DNA from: Macrostomum lignano
Taxonomy: Eukaryota
Reading direction: 5' to 3'
NCBI GenBank assembly: GCA_002269645.1
Contig: NIVC01000510.1
Span: forward strand, 29,878-93,877
DNA: 64,000 bases
Both the position numbers and the translations under genes were made by a program. Shown here in pieces: positions 1 through 21,597 of the stretch (position 1 is the stretch's first letter; each line of letters starts with the position of its first letter). The notes beneath the pieces are model-generated. The model did not search any database. It worked only from the letters and a program-made list of their open reading frames with translations, and was not told where the DNA came from.

Positions 1-215
1 CTATGGCACGCGTGCATAGACCATTTAAGCACGCAAAATCGATGTATGAGTTGCATTGTATTACGTTGGCTTAATACTTTAGATGGCGCGTTAGATGCAC
101 GCTCAGTTAATTTGTCTTAACCATAGACAAAAATGCGTGAAAGGCACGCAAGTTGATTGAGTGTTGCGAAGAAGGGAATAAGAAGCTGTTAAATTAAAAT
201 CACTTGTGAGAGAAT

Positions 216-641
216 ATGGCTGAGCCACCAACTAAAGTCAGACTTCTGAATCTGAGCAAATTTCCAAACGAAATGATTTCCGGCTTGTCCACCAATGAGA
301 TTGACGACATTCTGAACGAGCCTGATAATCTACCGGAGTCGGCAATTGATCGAGAAGAGGAGGATCTTCTGGAGGCACTTTTCAAGAAGATACCTGACGA
401 AGAAGCTGAACTACTTGAATTGGAACAGCTCGTTTCCGAAATCGAGGACACCGCTGCTAGTAAAAGTGTGACAAAGGCTACCGAATATTATGTCGGTAAG
501 TTGCAGAGCTTCATGGAGAACCATCCGTCAGTTCAGCGTGATTTGGCGACTTCTACACCGCGCGAGATCGACAGTCTATTGCGATACTTCTATGGCTCAC
601 TTCGCAAGAGGAATGGCGAATACTTTGCTCCAGCCAGCCAG
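216..641 (+). mobile_element. Crypton/DUF3504-associated N-terminal coding fragment (KCTD1/ZMYM/QRICH1-like tyrosine-recombinase lineage)
   Basis: ORF contains SKSVTKATEYYVGKLQSF...EIDSLLRYFYGSLRKRNGEYFAPAS, resembling the 'L..FY...RK.DG..Y...S' motif that precedes DUF3504. It ends at a probable donor CAG|GTAGGT (641/642). No downstream recombinase exon was recognised. Confidence 0.55.
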
Positions 642-2489
642 GTAGGTAATCGTCTACGCAGTCTACCTTGTTTACACAGTTCCCTGTTATTCGTTCGTTG
701 TACTTGTAGCAGAAGTATACTTATTAAAATATACTCACTTTCCGTGCATTACACGCACGCGTTAGACGCACGCTTGTTGCCTTTACTCAGATAGAAAATT
801 GCCATAGACACCTACATTAGACGCACAGTAAATCGTGCATCTAACGCGCGCCAGCGTGATACAATGTTGTAAACTGGGGTCTGTTTTTATTGATTTTCCG
901 TAAGCGTTGCCCCAGTCTGAATTGTCTGAATTGAATATCCGCTAGTTTTTTTAGAACTGGACTTAGATCAAAATTGAACGTGAAAAGATGTAATACTATA
1001 AGTTATAGTAACATTTCACGAGCATTTGACATTATGGTTGTATTTTACGGTAGAATAATTTTGTGAACCCATTGCATGCTGTTGATAGATTCTTAATGCC
1101 GGGACATCAACTCTCGATGGCGGTAAATCAGCTCTAGATTTCTACGGCTACTAGAAGGTACTATTATGAAGGAGCTAGTGATTTGGGAAAAGAGTATATT
1201 GAATAGCAGTATAAGGCTACAAAGGCTATAAGGTTAAGTCCTTGTTGGACCCTGTCCAGGTTTCCAGCGTTAGACAAGCGATCCTTGAGTGAGAAACTTT
1301 AGTGAACGATTCTTGAGACCTTGTTCGACACAACTTTTTACGAAGTACAAGCAGCTCTTATTCTTGTAAGGGCTAGTGGAATTGAATGTCGTGTGTTTCT
1401 GGGTCTAGATCTATTTCAGAGAACTGCAATAGGCATGAATTCTGGTTAGCAGACATCGATAAATATAGGCGAAAATGTCATTTCTGAGCAACGGCTCATT
1501 TCAAGAGAGTGATTTACATATCGAGCTACATACAAGCTAGTTTGCTGGGGTGCTGTTGGCGTCAGTGGACTTCAGACAGCACAGGAGGCTATGAACATAA
1601 AACAAACACTCCTAGATCATACGGGTGAACATCAGTGTTGACTTTCTCATCAGCAACCCACTGCACGCACCTAGCAAACAAACCAACCAAGCAAAGTTTC
1701 AGGGAAATTTCAGTTGCTGATATCTCTTTAGTGTACTTTTTTAGCGCAGAGTTTTCTTGACTGACTCTTGTCTATGATACGAGTAAAATCCAATCCAGAT
1801 CTGCAAAAAGCTTATTTTTCTTAAGTCCGTTCTACCGATTTTCATAAAATTTCTTTCCGAATTTTTATTGGTCAAATCAATCTCGAATCAAACACCTCGG
1901 TCGACGTATCCGGACATCGATATACCGTCGATGGACGACGTTGTACATGGTAATTTGGTTGGAGAGACCTTCTACATAGGCCGAACGTCAAGGTTATATA
2001 AAAGCATGTCAACATACATGGCTTGTACAGGATGCATGCTTGGTTTATAATTTGGTTAATAATAGTTCAATAGGAGTCGTCCAGAGACTCCGTGCGTGAA
2101 CTTCTGTGCTCGTCAGGCATCATTAGAGATTTATTGGGGCCTCTTATAAAGTACATAGTAAACCGAATAGCATGTGTGCCTACGACAAGTGCTTCCGTTT
2201 CCCGAATAAAGCCACCAGTATAAAGGAAGCCCTCGGTCAACTGTTAATTGACTATCCTGCGAGTTAGCGACTGGGACGTACAGGGCTGGAACGGGCAACG
2301 GACACAAACTTGTGCGACCCGGCCGACCAATCAAAGACGAGCGCAGACGAGTCTCCGCAGCAGTCATTTGTCTATACTTCAGGATTAACCGGAGCTATAA
2401 GTTTAGATTTAGAATAATAATTAAATGCACGCGCTTCCGTGACAGACAATGATCGACTCTTAAAGACATTGAGCAATGCCAGTCAAGCA

Positions 2490-10654
<8,165 letters not shown>

Positions 10655-11309
10655 CTATGCGTAGCATATAAGTAGTATGACTGACTGGGTCATTCCATGT
10701 TTAAGTAACGTGTTACGAGAGAGAGATTCACTTTTTGCATGCCGATAATGGGGATTGTGCCATAGACAAATCTTAATCCTTCTAGAAATTATTTAAACAA
10801 AGGAAATAGTTTGTTATTACTGAAACTAAGAACTAAACTAAACACAAATAATCAAATTTAATTTATTATCAAAAACTGACTTTGTCATAAGCGCAATTCT
10901 AGCACCAATATATTGTATATTTGTCAAGTCGAAGTTAAAAAAAGATTGAAACCATATACTTAAAAAATCAACAATAAATTGCAGGAACCAACTAAAAATC
11001 TAAAACTGATTATGCACTATTACGAGTACAGTAAAAATCAGTGTAACAACCATAAAAAATTCGATTGCACTTGAAGGTTTCTTTGTAAAAAATCATCTAA
11101 ATAGACACAAAATTAAAAGTTCGTTTAAAAATTTCTGGAATGACTCATCTGGCGCAAAAAAGCAACATACATGTAATGGCTCGCCCAGGTTTCATTGGGC
11201 AACAGAGTGTCTTACTAGTCGCTTTGTCATTAGAAATAGTAGAGTAGAACAGCGCAGTGTTTTTTAACCAATAAATAATAATCATTGATTACACCTGCTC
11301 TAATTGCGG

Positions 11310-11582
11310 CAGATGTGCAACCGACAGCTCAGCCGCAGCTATTGCGCGGCCCATCTGAAGGCTGCGTACGGCTGTTCAGTCCAAGGACTTGGGGGTTGCC
11401 ACAAACACAGCCTCAATTACCCCAGCTAATGCTGGCACCCATTTTACAGCTGAGTGAACTGAAGCAATGTAGAGTCAAGCGTCTTGCTCAGAGGACACAA
11501 ATTGTTCCGAGTGGGGTCGAGAATCGAACCCCCGACCTTTAAGTCGTGAGTCCGACGCTCTGACCACTAGGCTACAACCCCC
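11310..11582 (-). mobile_element. tRNA-derived SINE, apparently full length, with CORE-like central domain
   Basis: The minus strand starts GGGGTTGTAGCCTAGTGG (A box) ... GGTTCGATTC (B box), then TGTGTCCTCTGAGCAAGACGCTTGAC, similar to the MIR/CORE-type GTGxCCTTGGGCAAGTCACTTAAC. Related copies lie at 31391, 56348 and (complemented) 22219. Confidence 0.85.
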
Positions 11583-11665
11583 TTCACTAGAATTTCGGAT
11601 CAAATTCATTAAATACGCTTTCAAAACTTGTAGTGTTCAATGGTAGTTGGAAGTTTGTTTCTTCC

Positions 11666-14600
11666 CTATTGTTTCTTCTTTCCCTTTGTCTCGTCCGGTC
11701 CCGCTTGGCTAGCAATCCTCGCCGTCGTCCTCGAGTCCCACACTGCGATGTAGCCATCGTGACTGCGAGCGGCGCTCAGAAACCACCGACCAGGCGATGG
11801 CGGCGCGGTCAGACACTCCACAACGTCGGCGTGGCCGTGCAGCGAAAGCAGCTGTCGGGCCTCGCAACACTGGCTGTCGGCTTTCCCAAAGCCGAATTCA
11901 ACTAGAAAGATGTAGCCCTCTTTGCAGCCAACTAGTAGCATAGATTTCTTAGCTGAAGCTTTGTTGCTAGGGTCTTTAGAATCTTCCGGCACGGTTAGCT
12001 GGCACAGCGAGCCAATGCCTCGACAGCGGCCAGTCTCCGACGGGCACTGTAGCTTTAGTCGGCTAGCCGGCTCTCGAACTGTTAGAGCCGGTTTGTTGCT
12101 AGGGCCAAGCTCCGTAGGGTAGAAACGTAGTTCACCAACTCTATCAGAGGCTGCCACCAGCACTAGGCAGTGGTCTTGAGTGGTTAAAGCTAACAATCGA
12201 TCGCATTCAAAATGGCCACCGGATTCTAAGCTGACCAAGAGTTGAGGCTTGTGACTGGCATTTAGGCTGAAGATTGCTCTGGAAATCAATGGTAGTAGGT
12301 GTAGACGAATCATATCAGTAGTGCCTTGACTAGAGCAATGTACATTTAAGGGGTAGAAGTATTTGTCTAGGGCCTCGTGGCTGGAGGATTGGAGCAGTTG
12401 GGCTACAGCGAGTGTACATTAGGGGGGGGGGGTAGAAATATTTGTCTAGGGCCGCGTGGCTGGAGGATTGGAGCAGTTGGGCTATAGCGAGTGTACATTG
12501 GGGGGGGGGAATATTTGCCTAGGGCCACGTAGCTGGAGGATTAGAGCAGTTGGGCTAGAGCGAGTGTACATTAGGGGGGTAGAAATATTTGTCTAGGGCC
12601 GCGTGGCTGGAGGACTAAAAATTTTTAGGAGTTGGGCCATATATGGACTTTTAATCTACTTAGTAAGTAGTAGTATTTAGGCAAGCAATTCTAATCGTCC
12701 AAACCTGCGACTGCAGAACAGCAGCAACGGTTTGACTACTTCGCTCATATCGCATCCGCCTGCACATTGGTGGGCAGCGGTGATCGGACTCAAGCACACT
12801 GGCCTGACACCCGGTCCGCAGTCTACTCGTCTTAGCAGCTTTCTTTGAGCAGTGTGCCAGACTAAAATTTCGGCTGGCTGCTTGTCGGCGATGCTGAATC
12901 CGCTGCTGATTGAGTAGCAGTGATTGTTAACTTCTACCATGCTCAGCACCGGATGTCGGTGACCAATCAAGCGCTCCTCGGTTGAATGAGTACGATGGGC
13001 GGTGCAGATCACAGTCAGCTGACTGCCGCTCTGGTGATGGTAGGTGGCCAACCAGAAGTGCGACGGCTCGCTGCTTACCTGAGAAGACGGAAATTAGAGT
13101 AAACATTTGTAGTAGGTGAAATGGTAGACAGAATAGATGAGACAGTAGACAGGGTAGTACAAGAAACGGTAGACAGAATGCTAGGCAAGTTAAAATGGTA
13201 GATAAGATAGTAGATAAGACGGTAGACAGGGTAGATGAGACGGTAGACAGGGTAGATGAGACGGTAGACAGGGTAGTTGAGACGGTAGGCAGGGTAGATG
13301 AGACGGTAGGCAGGGTAGGTGAGACAGTAGGCAAAGCACAAGTAGACACAGACCTGCATCGCGCAGTGAATCCTGCCTGGCGGACTGGCTACAACACAAT
13401 CGATTTGTCCAGCCTCAACATCCACAATAGCCAATTTGGACATGGTGCTGGTGTTGAATGCGCAATAGATAGGTTCTGGGTAGCTGTACTGAGCAGCATT
13501 GCTCATTGGAAACAGGCCAACAATGGTGACCTTCTCTGATTCGCCAAAAGCCGGATTAAACTTGCTAACCAGACTGTCATAGGTGCTAGCGGGCAGGCTG
13601 CAATCGTAGCGGCCCTTGCTAAAGTACAGAAAACAGTCCATGAGCTGTTTGTCAGCCCGGTGAAACTGGCTACCCTCCACTGAAGCCAGTGCCAGGAGGG
13701 TGTCAATAATGAGGGCATTCTCGCAAGCCTTGTGCAGTATGGTTCTGTCCTTGGCTATGCGATATGCTCTCACGGCCGCCAGATATTCTTCTAGCACAGT
13801 GTACCATGCCGGCAGATCACCCTTCAGCCATATGGTGTGGCTGCTGTTGTGCTGGTGCGCGGACTGGTGACGGTCCAGGGACTTGCTGAAAAATGGTTGC
13901 AGGGGCGCTTAATGCAACTGGGACTGACCTGGAGGGTGTTTAAAGCAACTGGAATTGGCCTAAAGGGTGTTTAAAGCAACTGGAATTGGCCTAAAGGGTG
14001 TTTAAAGCAACTGGAATTGGCCTAAAGGGTGTTTAAAGCAACTGGAATTGGCCTAAAGGGTGTTTAAAGCAACTGGAATTGGCCTAAAGGGTGTTTAATG
14101 CAACTGGAATTGGCCTAAAGGGTGTTTAAAGCAACTGGAATTGGCCTAAAGGGTGTTTAAAGCAACTGGAATTGGCCTAAAGGGTGTTTAAAGCAACTGG
14201 AATTGGCCTAAAGGGTGTTTAAAGCAACTGGAATTGGCCTAAAGGGTGTTTAAAGCAACTGGAATTGGCCTAAAGGGTGTTTAATGCAACTGGAATTGGC
14301 CTAAAGGGTGTTTAATGCAACTGGGACTGACCTGGAGGGTGTTTAATGCAACTGGGACTGACCTGGAGGGTGTTTAATGCAACTGGGACTGACCTGGAGG
14401 GTGTTTATTGCAACTGGGTTTGACCTACATGTCGAGGGTGTTTAATGCAACTAGGACTGACCCAGAGGGTTTTTAATGCAACTGGAATTGACCTAGAGGG
14501 GATTTATTACAACTGGAATTGACCTAGAGGGTGTTTAATGCAACTGGAATTGACCTAGAGGGGGTTTAATGCAACTGGAATTGACCTAGAGGGGGTTTAA

Positions 14601-17600
14601 TGCAACTGGAATTGACCTCGAGGGTGTTTAATGCAACTGAGACTGACCTAGAGGGTGCTTATTGCAACTGAAATTGACAGATGGTGCTTATTGCAACTGA
14701 AATTGACATAGAGGGTGTTTAATGCAACTAGAATTGACCTAGAGGGTGTTTAATACAACTGGGACTGACCTAGTGGGTGTTTAATGCAACTGGAATTGAC
14801 CTAGAGAGGTTTATTACAACTGGAATTGACCTAGAAGGGGTTTATTACAATTGGAATTGACCTAGAGGGTGTTTATTGCAACTGGGACTGACCCAGAGGG
14901 TTTTTAATGCAACTGGAATTGACATAGAGGGGGTTTGATGCAACTGGGACTGACCTGGAGGGTGTTTATTGCAACTGGGTTTGACCTAGAGGGTGTTTAA
15001 TGCAACTGGAATTGCTTTGATGGGGTTTATTACAACTGGAATTGGCCTTAAGGGTGTTTAAAGCAACTGGAATTGGCCTAAAGGGTGTTTCATGCAGCTA
15101 GAATTGGCCTAGAGGGGTTTTATTACAACTGGGACTGACCTGGTGGGTGTTTAATGCAATTGGAATTGACCTAGAGGGTTTTTAATGCAACTGGAATTGA
15201 CCTAGAGGGTGTTTATTACAACTGGGACTGGCCTGGAAGGTGTTTAATGCAACTCGGGTTGAGCTGTAGGGAGTCAGAAACCTGAGGTAAACAAACCTCT
15301 CCGCAGGCCCAGCCGGCATGGAGTTCTCCACTGTTATCCTCATCGACGCGTACCCTGAGGCCAGCCGCCAGAGCATCCGAGTTGGTCGTTCAACTTTGGA
15401 CACCTGGTCCAGATTGGCCAGGCATACAAAGGGGGAGCCGCTGTGGCCTTGCGGACTGCGCAGGTAGAGTCTCTTGTCGGTGAGGATGAGGTGACCGGCG
15501 CCCAGCTTCTCCACGTGCACCAGACTGCCGGCTTTGAGAACGATCTGAATTATTGGATAGTGGGGGCATGAGCTAGTTAGTGCTGTGCTAGCTTTGCTTA
15601 GGGATGTGAGAGGCTGGCCCAGCAACTGAGGATCTGGGAGCCTGGCTCAGCAACTGAGGATCTGAGAGGCTGGCTCAGCAACTGAGGATCTGGGAGGCTG
15701 GCTCAGCAACTGAGGATCTGGGAGCCTGGCTCAGCAACTGAGGACCTGGGAGGCTGGCACAGCAACTGAGGATCTGGGAGGCTGGCTCAGCAACTGAGGA
15801 TCTGGGAGGCTGGCTCAGCAACTGAGGATCTGGGAGACTGGCTCAGCAACTGAGGATCTGGGAGACTGGCTCAGCAACTGAGGATCTGGGAGGCTGGCCC
15901 AGCAACTGAGGATCTGGGAGGCTGGCCCAGCAACTGAGGATCTTGGAGGCTCGCTTAGCAACTGACACTCTGAGAGGCTGGCCAAGCAACTGACACTCTG
16001 AGAGGCTGGCCAAGCAACTGAGTATCTGGGAGGCTGGCCCAGCAACTGAGGATCTGCGAAGCTGTCACAGGAACCGAGCTTTTGGTTGTAGAAAAACGGA
16101 AGTTTGATATTCGATCTTAAGCTTGTTACAGTGGAGTCAGCAACAGACTCACCGCGCCATCCTCGGGCGCATCAACGTCCAGCAGGCCGCGCACCCGGCT
16201 GCTCCACATTTCGTAGAAAGCGTCGAACACTCCCGGATCGACGCCGAATTTCTCCTCCGGCATCAGCAGCTGGTCGCCGTCCTCGTCTTCGATGTTGATG
16301 TCAACGTTGGCAGCAGTGCCGGTGACGGCAGACTGGTCCAGCGAAAGCAGCAACAGGGTGTTGAACAGCCTCCGCTGGAGTTCCTCGTCGAAGCTGATGC
16401 CCAGATTGGCCAGACACTCGCCGAAGCTCGTCTTGCTGATGCAGCGAGTTGGCAGCTGAATTTGGCGACTAATCCTTCGCCGATCTTTTAAAGCTTCGTC
16501 GCCGGATTCAATTGTGTCGACGACGTCTCCGCCTGCTACGGCGGCGGCTGCAGCTGCGGCTGCCACAGCGGCCGTCATGATCGACGCCGGCTGCTCGAAG
16601 CTGTCCTCGGCGTCCAAATCGAAGTTGCCACCGCTAGCTGAATGAACGAACTGGCGCAGCTGGTCTAGCTCCTCTTTCAATGCCTGACGCTCGGCATCTG
16701 ATAGGCCGCGCATAATCTCGCGAACTGCCGGCTGGTTCACCAGGCGACTGTCCAGTCTGTAGCACTCGTGACAGTCGCGCAGAGCTGGCACGTTCTGACC
16801 AGTGGCCAAGTGGTACATGCTGCGCAGGTAGTGAATCGCCACGCGCCTGGGTGCAAATTAAAAAGGTTAGAAAGGTGCAGCTTTGAGATGGTGTACCTTT
16901 GAGATGGTGTATCTTTGAGATGGTGCAGCTTTGAGATGGTGTAGCTCTGAGTTGGTGTACTTTTGAGATGGTGCAGCTAAGCTAGAAGTGTTTCAGACCT
17001 GCTTCTCTCGGCTCCATCCAGCTGCCTGCCCAGCATGTCGATGCAGCGCTGATAGAATCCGTCTCCGCCAGCCTCCTTGGGGAAGTACTCCGGCAGCTGC
17101 AGGTAGTCCGGATTGCGCTGACTCGGCTCCAGCTCCGGCACTCGTGGCATGGACATCAGCGCGGTCGACTGACGCTTTTTAGTCTGTGCGTAGCTCTGCT
17201 TCCGGTTGCTGCGAGCCTGCCGATCCCAGGCGTCCTCCCGGTTGTCGAGCCGGTCGTGCAGGAACGCGTCAAACATGGTGCCGTTGACAACCATTTCGTA
17301 GAATGACCGATCGGCATTGGGCAGCGAGTTCAAATAGCCGTCCTTGTTGAAGAAGCGAGCCTCCTCTTTGATGAACTGGGTCACTGTGCCGAATAACTCG
17401 ACCATAAGCTGAAGGAAAGTGTTCAGCAGCAGGTGCCGATTTTCCATGTTGAACTGAGTCTTCTGCTTGTTGAAGTCCTCGATGGACAGAGCATCGGGCT
17501 TGGATAGAATGACCCAGTCAAAGTTCAGCTTCTTCAGCCTCGGCGATAACTGATCTTTTAATCGACGCAGCACATCCCTGTTAATTAGGGGGGGTAATAA

Positions 17601-19010
17601 CCGGATGCTTAGGCATATTATGAAAAGGCCATAGTGCAACGCCTTCGGCGACATCGTCCCACAGCCAGCGTCACCCAGGGTGTACAGCGGCCCTGACTTT
17701 CGTTGTCAAGCATGTACACTCTCTACGCCTTGGGGTTGACCCTCGTGGTTGCGAATCGCACAAATTCCCTAATCTCGATTCGCGATGAACGACGGCTGAC
17801 TAAAAGAAACATACAAAACACAATCTGGACTCGCACCTGGGCATCGATGGCACCAGTTCGGCCGGTTCTGTCAGGTACACCTTGCCAGAGTCCAAGTCTC
17901 CAACCACTAGCCCGGCAGTTTCGTTCACTTCGTCGCGACAGTTGGAATGACAGCCAAAAAAGAATGGCTGAGGCGCGCCGAGGAACTCCACGCTCGGTAT
18001 GTTGGACATGTACGGCAGGTTCCAGCGCATCGGATAGAGCAGCAGCAGCAGCGACTCCATCACCAGAGCGATCAGTGACGCGTCGGAGCTTGTCACCACG
18101 ATGCGCTGATCGGTGAGCAGCGCCGACAACAACAGTAGAATATCGTCCAATGGCAGACTGCGAAACAGTACCGTGACGTCAAAGTCAACCACTAGGCCTA
18201 TGCGAGGCATCGGCGGCAGTAGGTTCAGCGTGACGCCAAATAGTTCAGACTGGATGCCCAGACAGGTGTCTGATGGAGGCGGCACAGGGGTGCTGCACAG
18301 AGCGATGGTGGCCGACATTATGATAGAGTTGAAGTTGTGCGGATCCTCTTGGCTGACACGGGACAGAATGGCTGACAGCGAGGTTTTTAGTACGGAGAAA
18401 TAGGGCAGTTTGGAGACCAGGATGACGGTTGAGGGCACGTAGACAATCTGAAATTGAAATTGACGCTACCCTGAGAACCTGGATTAGGTATTGAGCGAAG
18501 GATTCACCCCATGAAGACGGTAACTAGGCAAAGAAACGTACCAAAGTCACTTACGTCGCCCCAGAGTCGTTGCAGGTAACAGGTAAAATAGGAAAGAAGT
18601 GACTCTATACGACTCTAAAACGACGAGATTTCACGTTACAAATCGCCAAAAAGCCGGCAAAGAGTGGTCTAAGAGTCAATTTGAGGCGCTTTATTGACTG
18701 AGACTCTGCAACGGTTCCGGGGCGCTTCTATAACAACCCTGGAGCCGTAAAGTCGTATCTGAGGCCTGCCAGAGCCGCTGTATATTCACTGAGTTGCGTC
18801 AAAAGCGCATCTAGAATCTAGAATTACCCCGATTGGCAAAGCTTCGGCCAATTATTCAGCCGCGTCGGCCGCTAAGTCTGTCGGCCGGCCGCATCTGTTG
18901 CGAACTCCCGCAGCTCACGCTGGCGGATCCGCTTTTAAAAAGCCGACTCCGGTAATCCCCTGGTGTAGTGGTAGTAGTAGTGGTAGTAGTAGTGGTAGTA
19001 GTAGTGGTAT

Positions 19011-19045
<35 letters not shown>

Positions 19046-21393
19046 AGTAGTTGTAGTGATATTGGTAGAGGTAGTAGTATAAGTAGTAGTTGTTGTAGTA
19101 GTATTGGTAGTAGTAGTAGTAGTAGTAGTAGTAATAGTGGTACTTCTAGTACTAGTAGTGGTCGTGGTCGGGGTGGTAGTAGTAGTATTAGTAATATAGT
19201 CGTGTATCAACACTAGCATTCTTTGTCGTTGTGGTCGTAGTAGCTTTTATAGTAGTGCTTTGTGTGGTTTAAATCGTAGCTTTCTACTAACAGTAGTAAA
19301 TAGCACCGCTTTTGTTTGTTGTGCACGCATTTAAGCACTGCTTTTGATGGTATCCTGTCTGTCCGCTTTCCCGCACACTTATTCAAAATTTTTCGTTTGT
19401 CACGCTACGCTCGTCGAATCGCATTTCGCATTTATTACAACTCTATTTAGTCGAGTGAATTCAGTAGAAAGGTAAGCGCTAACACAATGACTCCTGGACG
19501 ACTTTTTCGGAACGCTTCTACAACTCATGTGATGCGCTGATGACTCAACAGTCGCCTCTCCATCGCATTACAGTCGATTGAGTCGTTTAAAAGTCACAAG
19601 AGTAGCCTAGTGAGTTATTTGCAATGTCTCTTTAGCGATTCTTGTCACGGTAACGTTTTCAACGGGATTTGCGGCAGAGCCAAAATTCAGGCTTAAAAAC
19701 CTATATCCGGGCTACCCAATGATGTTAAACAAGCGCACCTCATCATTCAGTCCATCCACGTCATCGTCTCGACAGTCTTCCTCTAAGCGAAGCTGCACCA
19801 AGCTGTCATCGTCTGCATCCTCTTCGGCGTCCTCATCGCTGTTGGGGCCAGCATTAGCCAGGCTGGGTTGCCGTCTGGCGCGGTACTGCCGACCGAATGT
19901 CAGCAGGGTGGCGTAGAGTCGGTCGCCAGATATGTGCGTCAACACATGATAATCGATCCTCGCTTCCAAGGGGCGGGCACTGATCTGCAGATGGGAGGTG
20001 AAAACTTAGTTATCTAAAGCACGGTGACCAATTCAAGACACGGTGACCAATTCAAGACACGGTGACCAATTCAAGACATAGTGACCAATTCAAGACACGG
20101 TGACCAATTTAAGACAGGGTGACAAATTCAAGACAGGGTGACCAATTCAAGACATAGTGACCAATTCAAGACACGGTGACCAATTTAAGACAGGGTGACA
20201 AATTCAAGACAGGGTGACCAATTCAAGACACGGTGACCAATTTAAGACAGGGTGACAAATTCAAGACAGGGTGACCAATTCAAGACACGGTGACCAATTC
20301 AAGACACAGTGACCAATTCAAGACACTGACCAATTCAAGACACTGACCAATTCAAGACACAGTGACCAATTCAAGACACTGACCAATTCAAGACACTGAC
20401 CAATTCAAGACACTGACCAATTCAAGACACTGACCAATTCAAGACACTGACCAATTCAAGACACTGACCAATTCAAGACACTGACCAATTCAAGACACTG
20501 ACCAATTCAAGACACTGACCAATTCAAGACACTGACCAATTCAAGACACTGACCAATTCAAGACACTGACCAATTCAAGACACGGTGACCAATTCAAGAC
20601 ACGGTGACCAATTCAAGACACGGTGACCAATTCAAGACACTGACCAATTCAAGACACTGACCAATTCAAGACACGGTGACCAATTCAAGACACTGACCAA
20701 TTCAAGACACTGACCAATTCAAGACACTGACCAATTCAAGACACGGTGACCAATTCAAGACACGGTGACCAATTCAAGACACGGTGACCAATTCAAGACA
20801 CGGTGACCAATTCAAGACAGGGTGACAAATTCAAGACTTTGTGACCAAATACAAGACAAAAAGCGAGATAATTCTAGACATACGGCATCGATGGGCATTG
20901 GAGAACAGTAGAATTCAAAACACACAAACGCACCATTATGCTTAAAAGTACAAACCTGCAAGCCTTCCGGGTAGCAGAGATCCGGCAGTCCTTCCGCCAC
21001 CTCGCCAGCCACCTTCTTCTCGTGCTTTGTCACCGCAATGTTGCGCACAGACGACATTCGTCTACCGTCGGCTCCGCCAACACCAGACAGGCCGCCGCCG
21101 ATGCCGCCGCCGCCGACGCTGCTACCGGTGAGCGTTGGTCGTCGACGCATCAGTCGAGCCAGAGTCTGCTGCTGCTGGTCCTCGTCAGACATCAGCGACT
21201 TAACAACGTCAGCATTCGCTCGGGCAAAGCTCGGCCGACGAGCCTGCCTACTAGATGCCGCCGAGATTGACTGCCGCGGCGAAGACGACGGAAGCAGGGA
21301 CTGGACGATGCCCAGGCGACGACCCCCACGGCCGCCACCACCGCCGCCGCCGCTGCTGCTGCCGCCTCCGACACCAAGGCTCGCTAAATAAGG
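11666..21393 (-). CDS. DENND3: DENND3-like Rab GEF (uDENN-cDENN-dDENN, GRAM/PH-like, C-terminal WD40), exons 3-11
   Basis: Exons (minus strand) 21393-20956, 19984-19739, 18447-17837, 17577-16999, 16846-16153, 15544-15297, 13885-13354, 13078-12705, 12329-11666; all phase-consistent. Motifs include EGLPDLCYPEG, YHVLTHISGDRLYA, ILVSKLPYFS, ALLTDQRIV, LLYPMRWNLPY, HLILTDKRLYL and the WD repeat LHGHADVVECL...SHDGYIAVWD. With the two exons in the complemented block the CDS is 4749 nt (1582 aa). Confidence 0.88.
12335..12630. repeat. About 75-80-bp tandem repeat, about 3.5 copies
   Basis: TGTACATT...GTCTAGGGCC...GCTGGAGGA recurs near 12339, 12413, 12492 and 12565. Confidence 0.85.
13110..13330. repeat. 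21-bp minisatellite (GAGACGGTAGACAGGGTAGAT)
   Basis: Directly visible. Confidence 0.88.
13910..15260. repeat. 31-bp minisatellite (GGGTGTTTAAAGCAACTGGAATTGGCCTAAA)
   Basis: About 1.35-kb array with a homogeneous 5' block and a variant 3' block. Confidence 0.95.
15605..16060. repeat. 28-bp minisatellite (CAACTGAGGATCTGGGAGGCTGGCTCAG)
   Basis: Directly visible. Confidence 0.93.
16875..16980. repeat. 16-bp minisatellite (CTTTGAGATGGTGTAC)
   Basis: Units at 16881, 16897, 16913 and onward. Confidence 0.88.
17677..17736. other. Intronic hairpin element, copy 1
   Basis: AGGGTGTACAGCGGCCCTGAC-loop-GTCAAGCATGTACACTCTCT..GCCTTGGGGT; near-identical to 21598-21659 except in the loop. Confidence 0.6.
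18965..19210. repeat. (GTA)n microsatellite
   Basis: Directly visible; source of the poly-V/poly-T ORFs. Confidence 0.93.
20020..20850. repeat. 17/19-bp minisatellite (GACCAATTCAAGACAC[GG]T)
   Basis: Directly visible, with two interleaved unit lengths. Confidence 0.95.
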
Positions 21394-21597
21394 CTGCTCG
21401 AAGGATTAGAGCGAGCCGCAGTAAATTCGCAATGAATATAAACGTTGCTTCTATCAAAAAACGGAACTAGGGCTTAGCTGAGTTTCTGAGAAATCAAAGA
21501 CGACATCGACCCGAAGGCAGCAAGGAAGAAAGCAATCGTGCCCGTTGAGCGAACCCACGAGCACGCAGCGGATACGTACACAGGTACACACTCGCAT

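Noticed and set aside
11505-11582. Functional tRNA gene (also 31391-31460)
   Set aside because: A and B boxes are present, but the anticodon and acceptor stems do not pair properly, and the sequence continues into a dispersed SINE body.
13910-15260. CRISPR-like arrays (also 35715-36835, 44580-45475, 53655-54020)
   Set aside because: Units are head-to-tail with no unique spacers, there are no cas genes, and the context is eukaryotic introns.
17677-17765. H/ACA snoRNA or SECIS reading of the duplicated hairpin
   Set aside because: There is no ANANNA hinge, ACA spacing is wrong, and there is no AUGA/GA quartet. It is kept only as an unclassified element.
18505-18540. Penelope-type hammerhead ribozyme (ATGAAGA...GAAAC)
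   Set aside because: The core has A instead of C in CUGA, and I could not build stem II.
20812-21192. ATG at 21192 as the DENND3 start codon
   Set aside because: The frame is open upstream to an acceptor at 21394, and the true uDENN start is recovered at 22775 in the complemented block.
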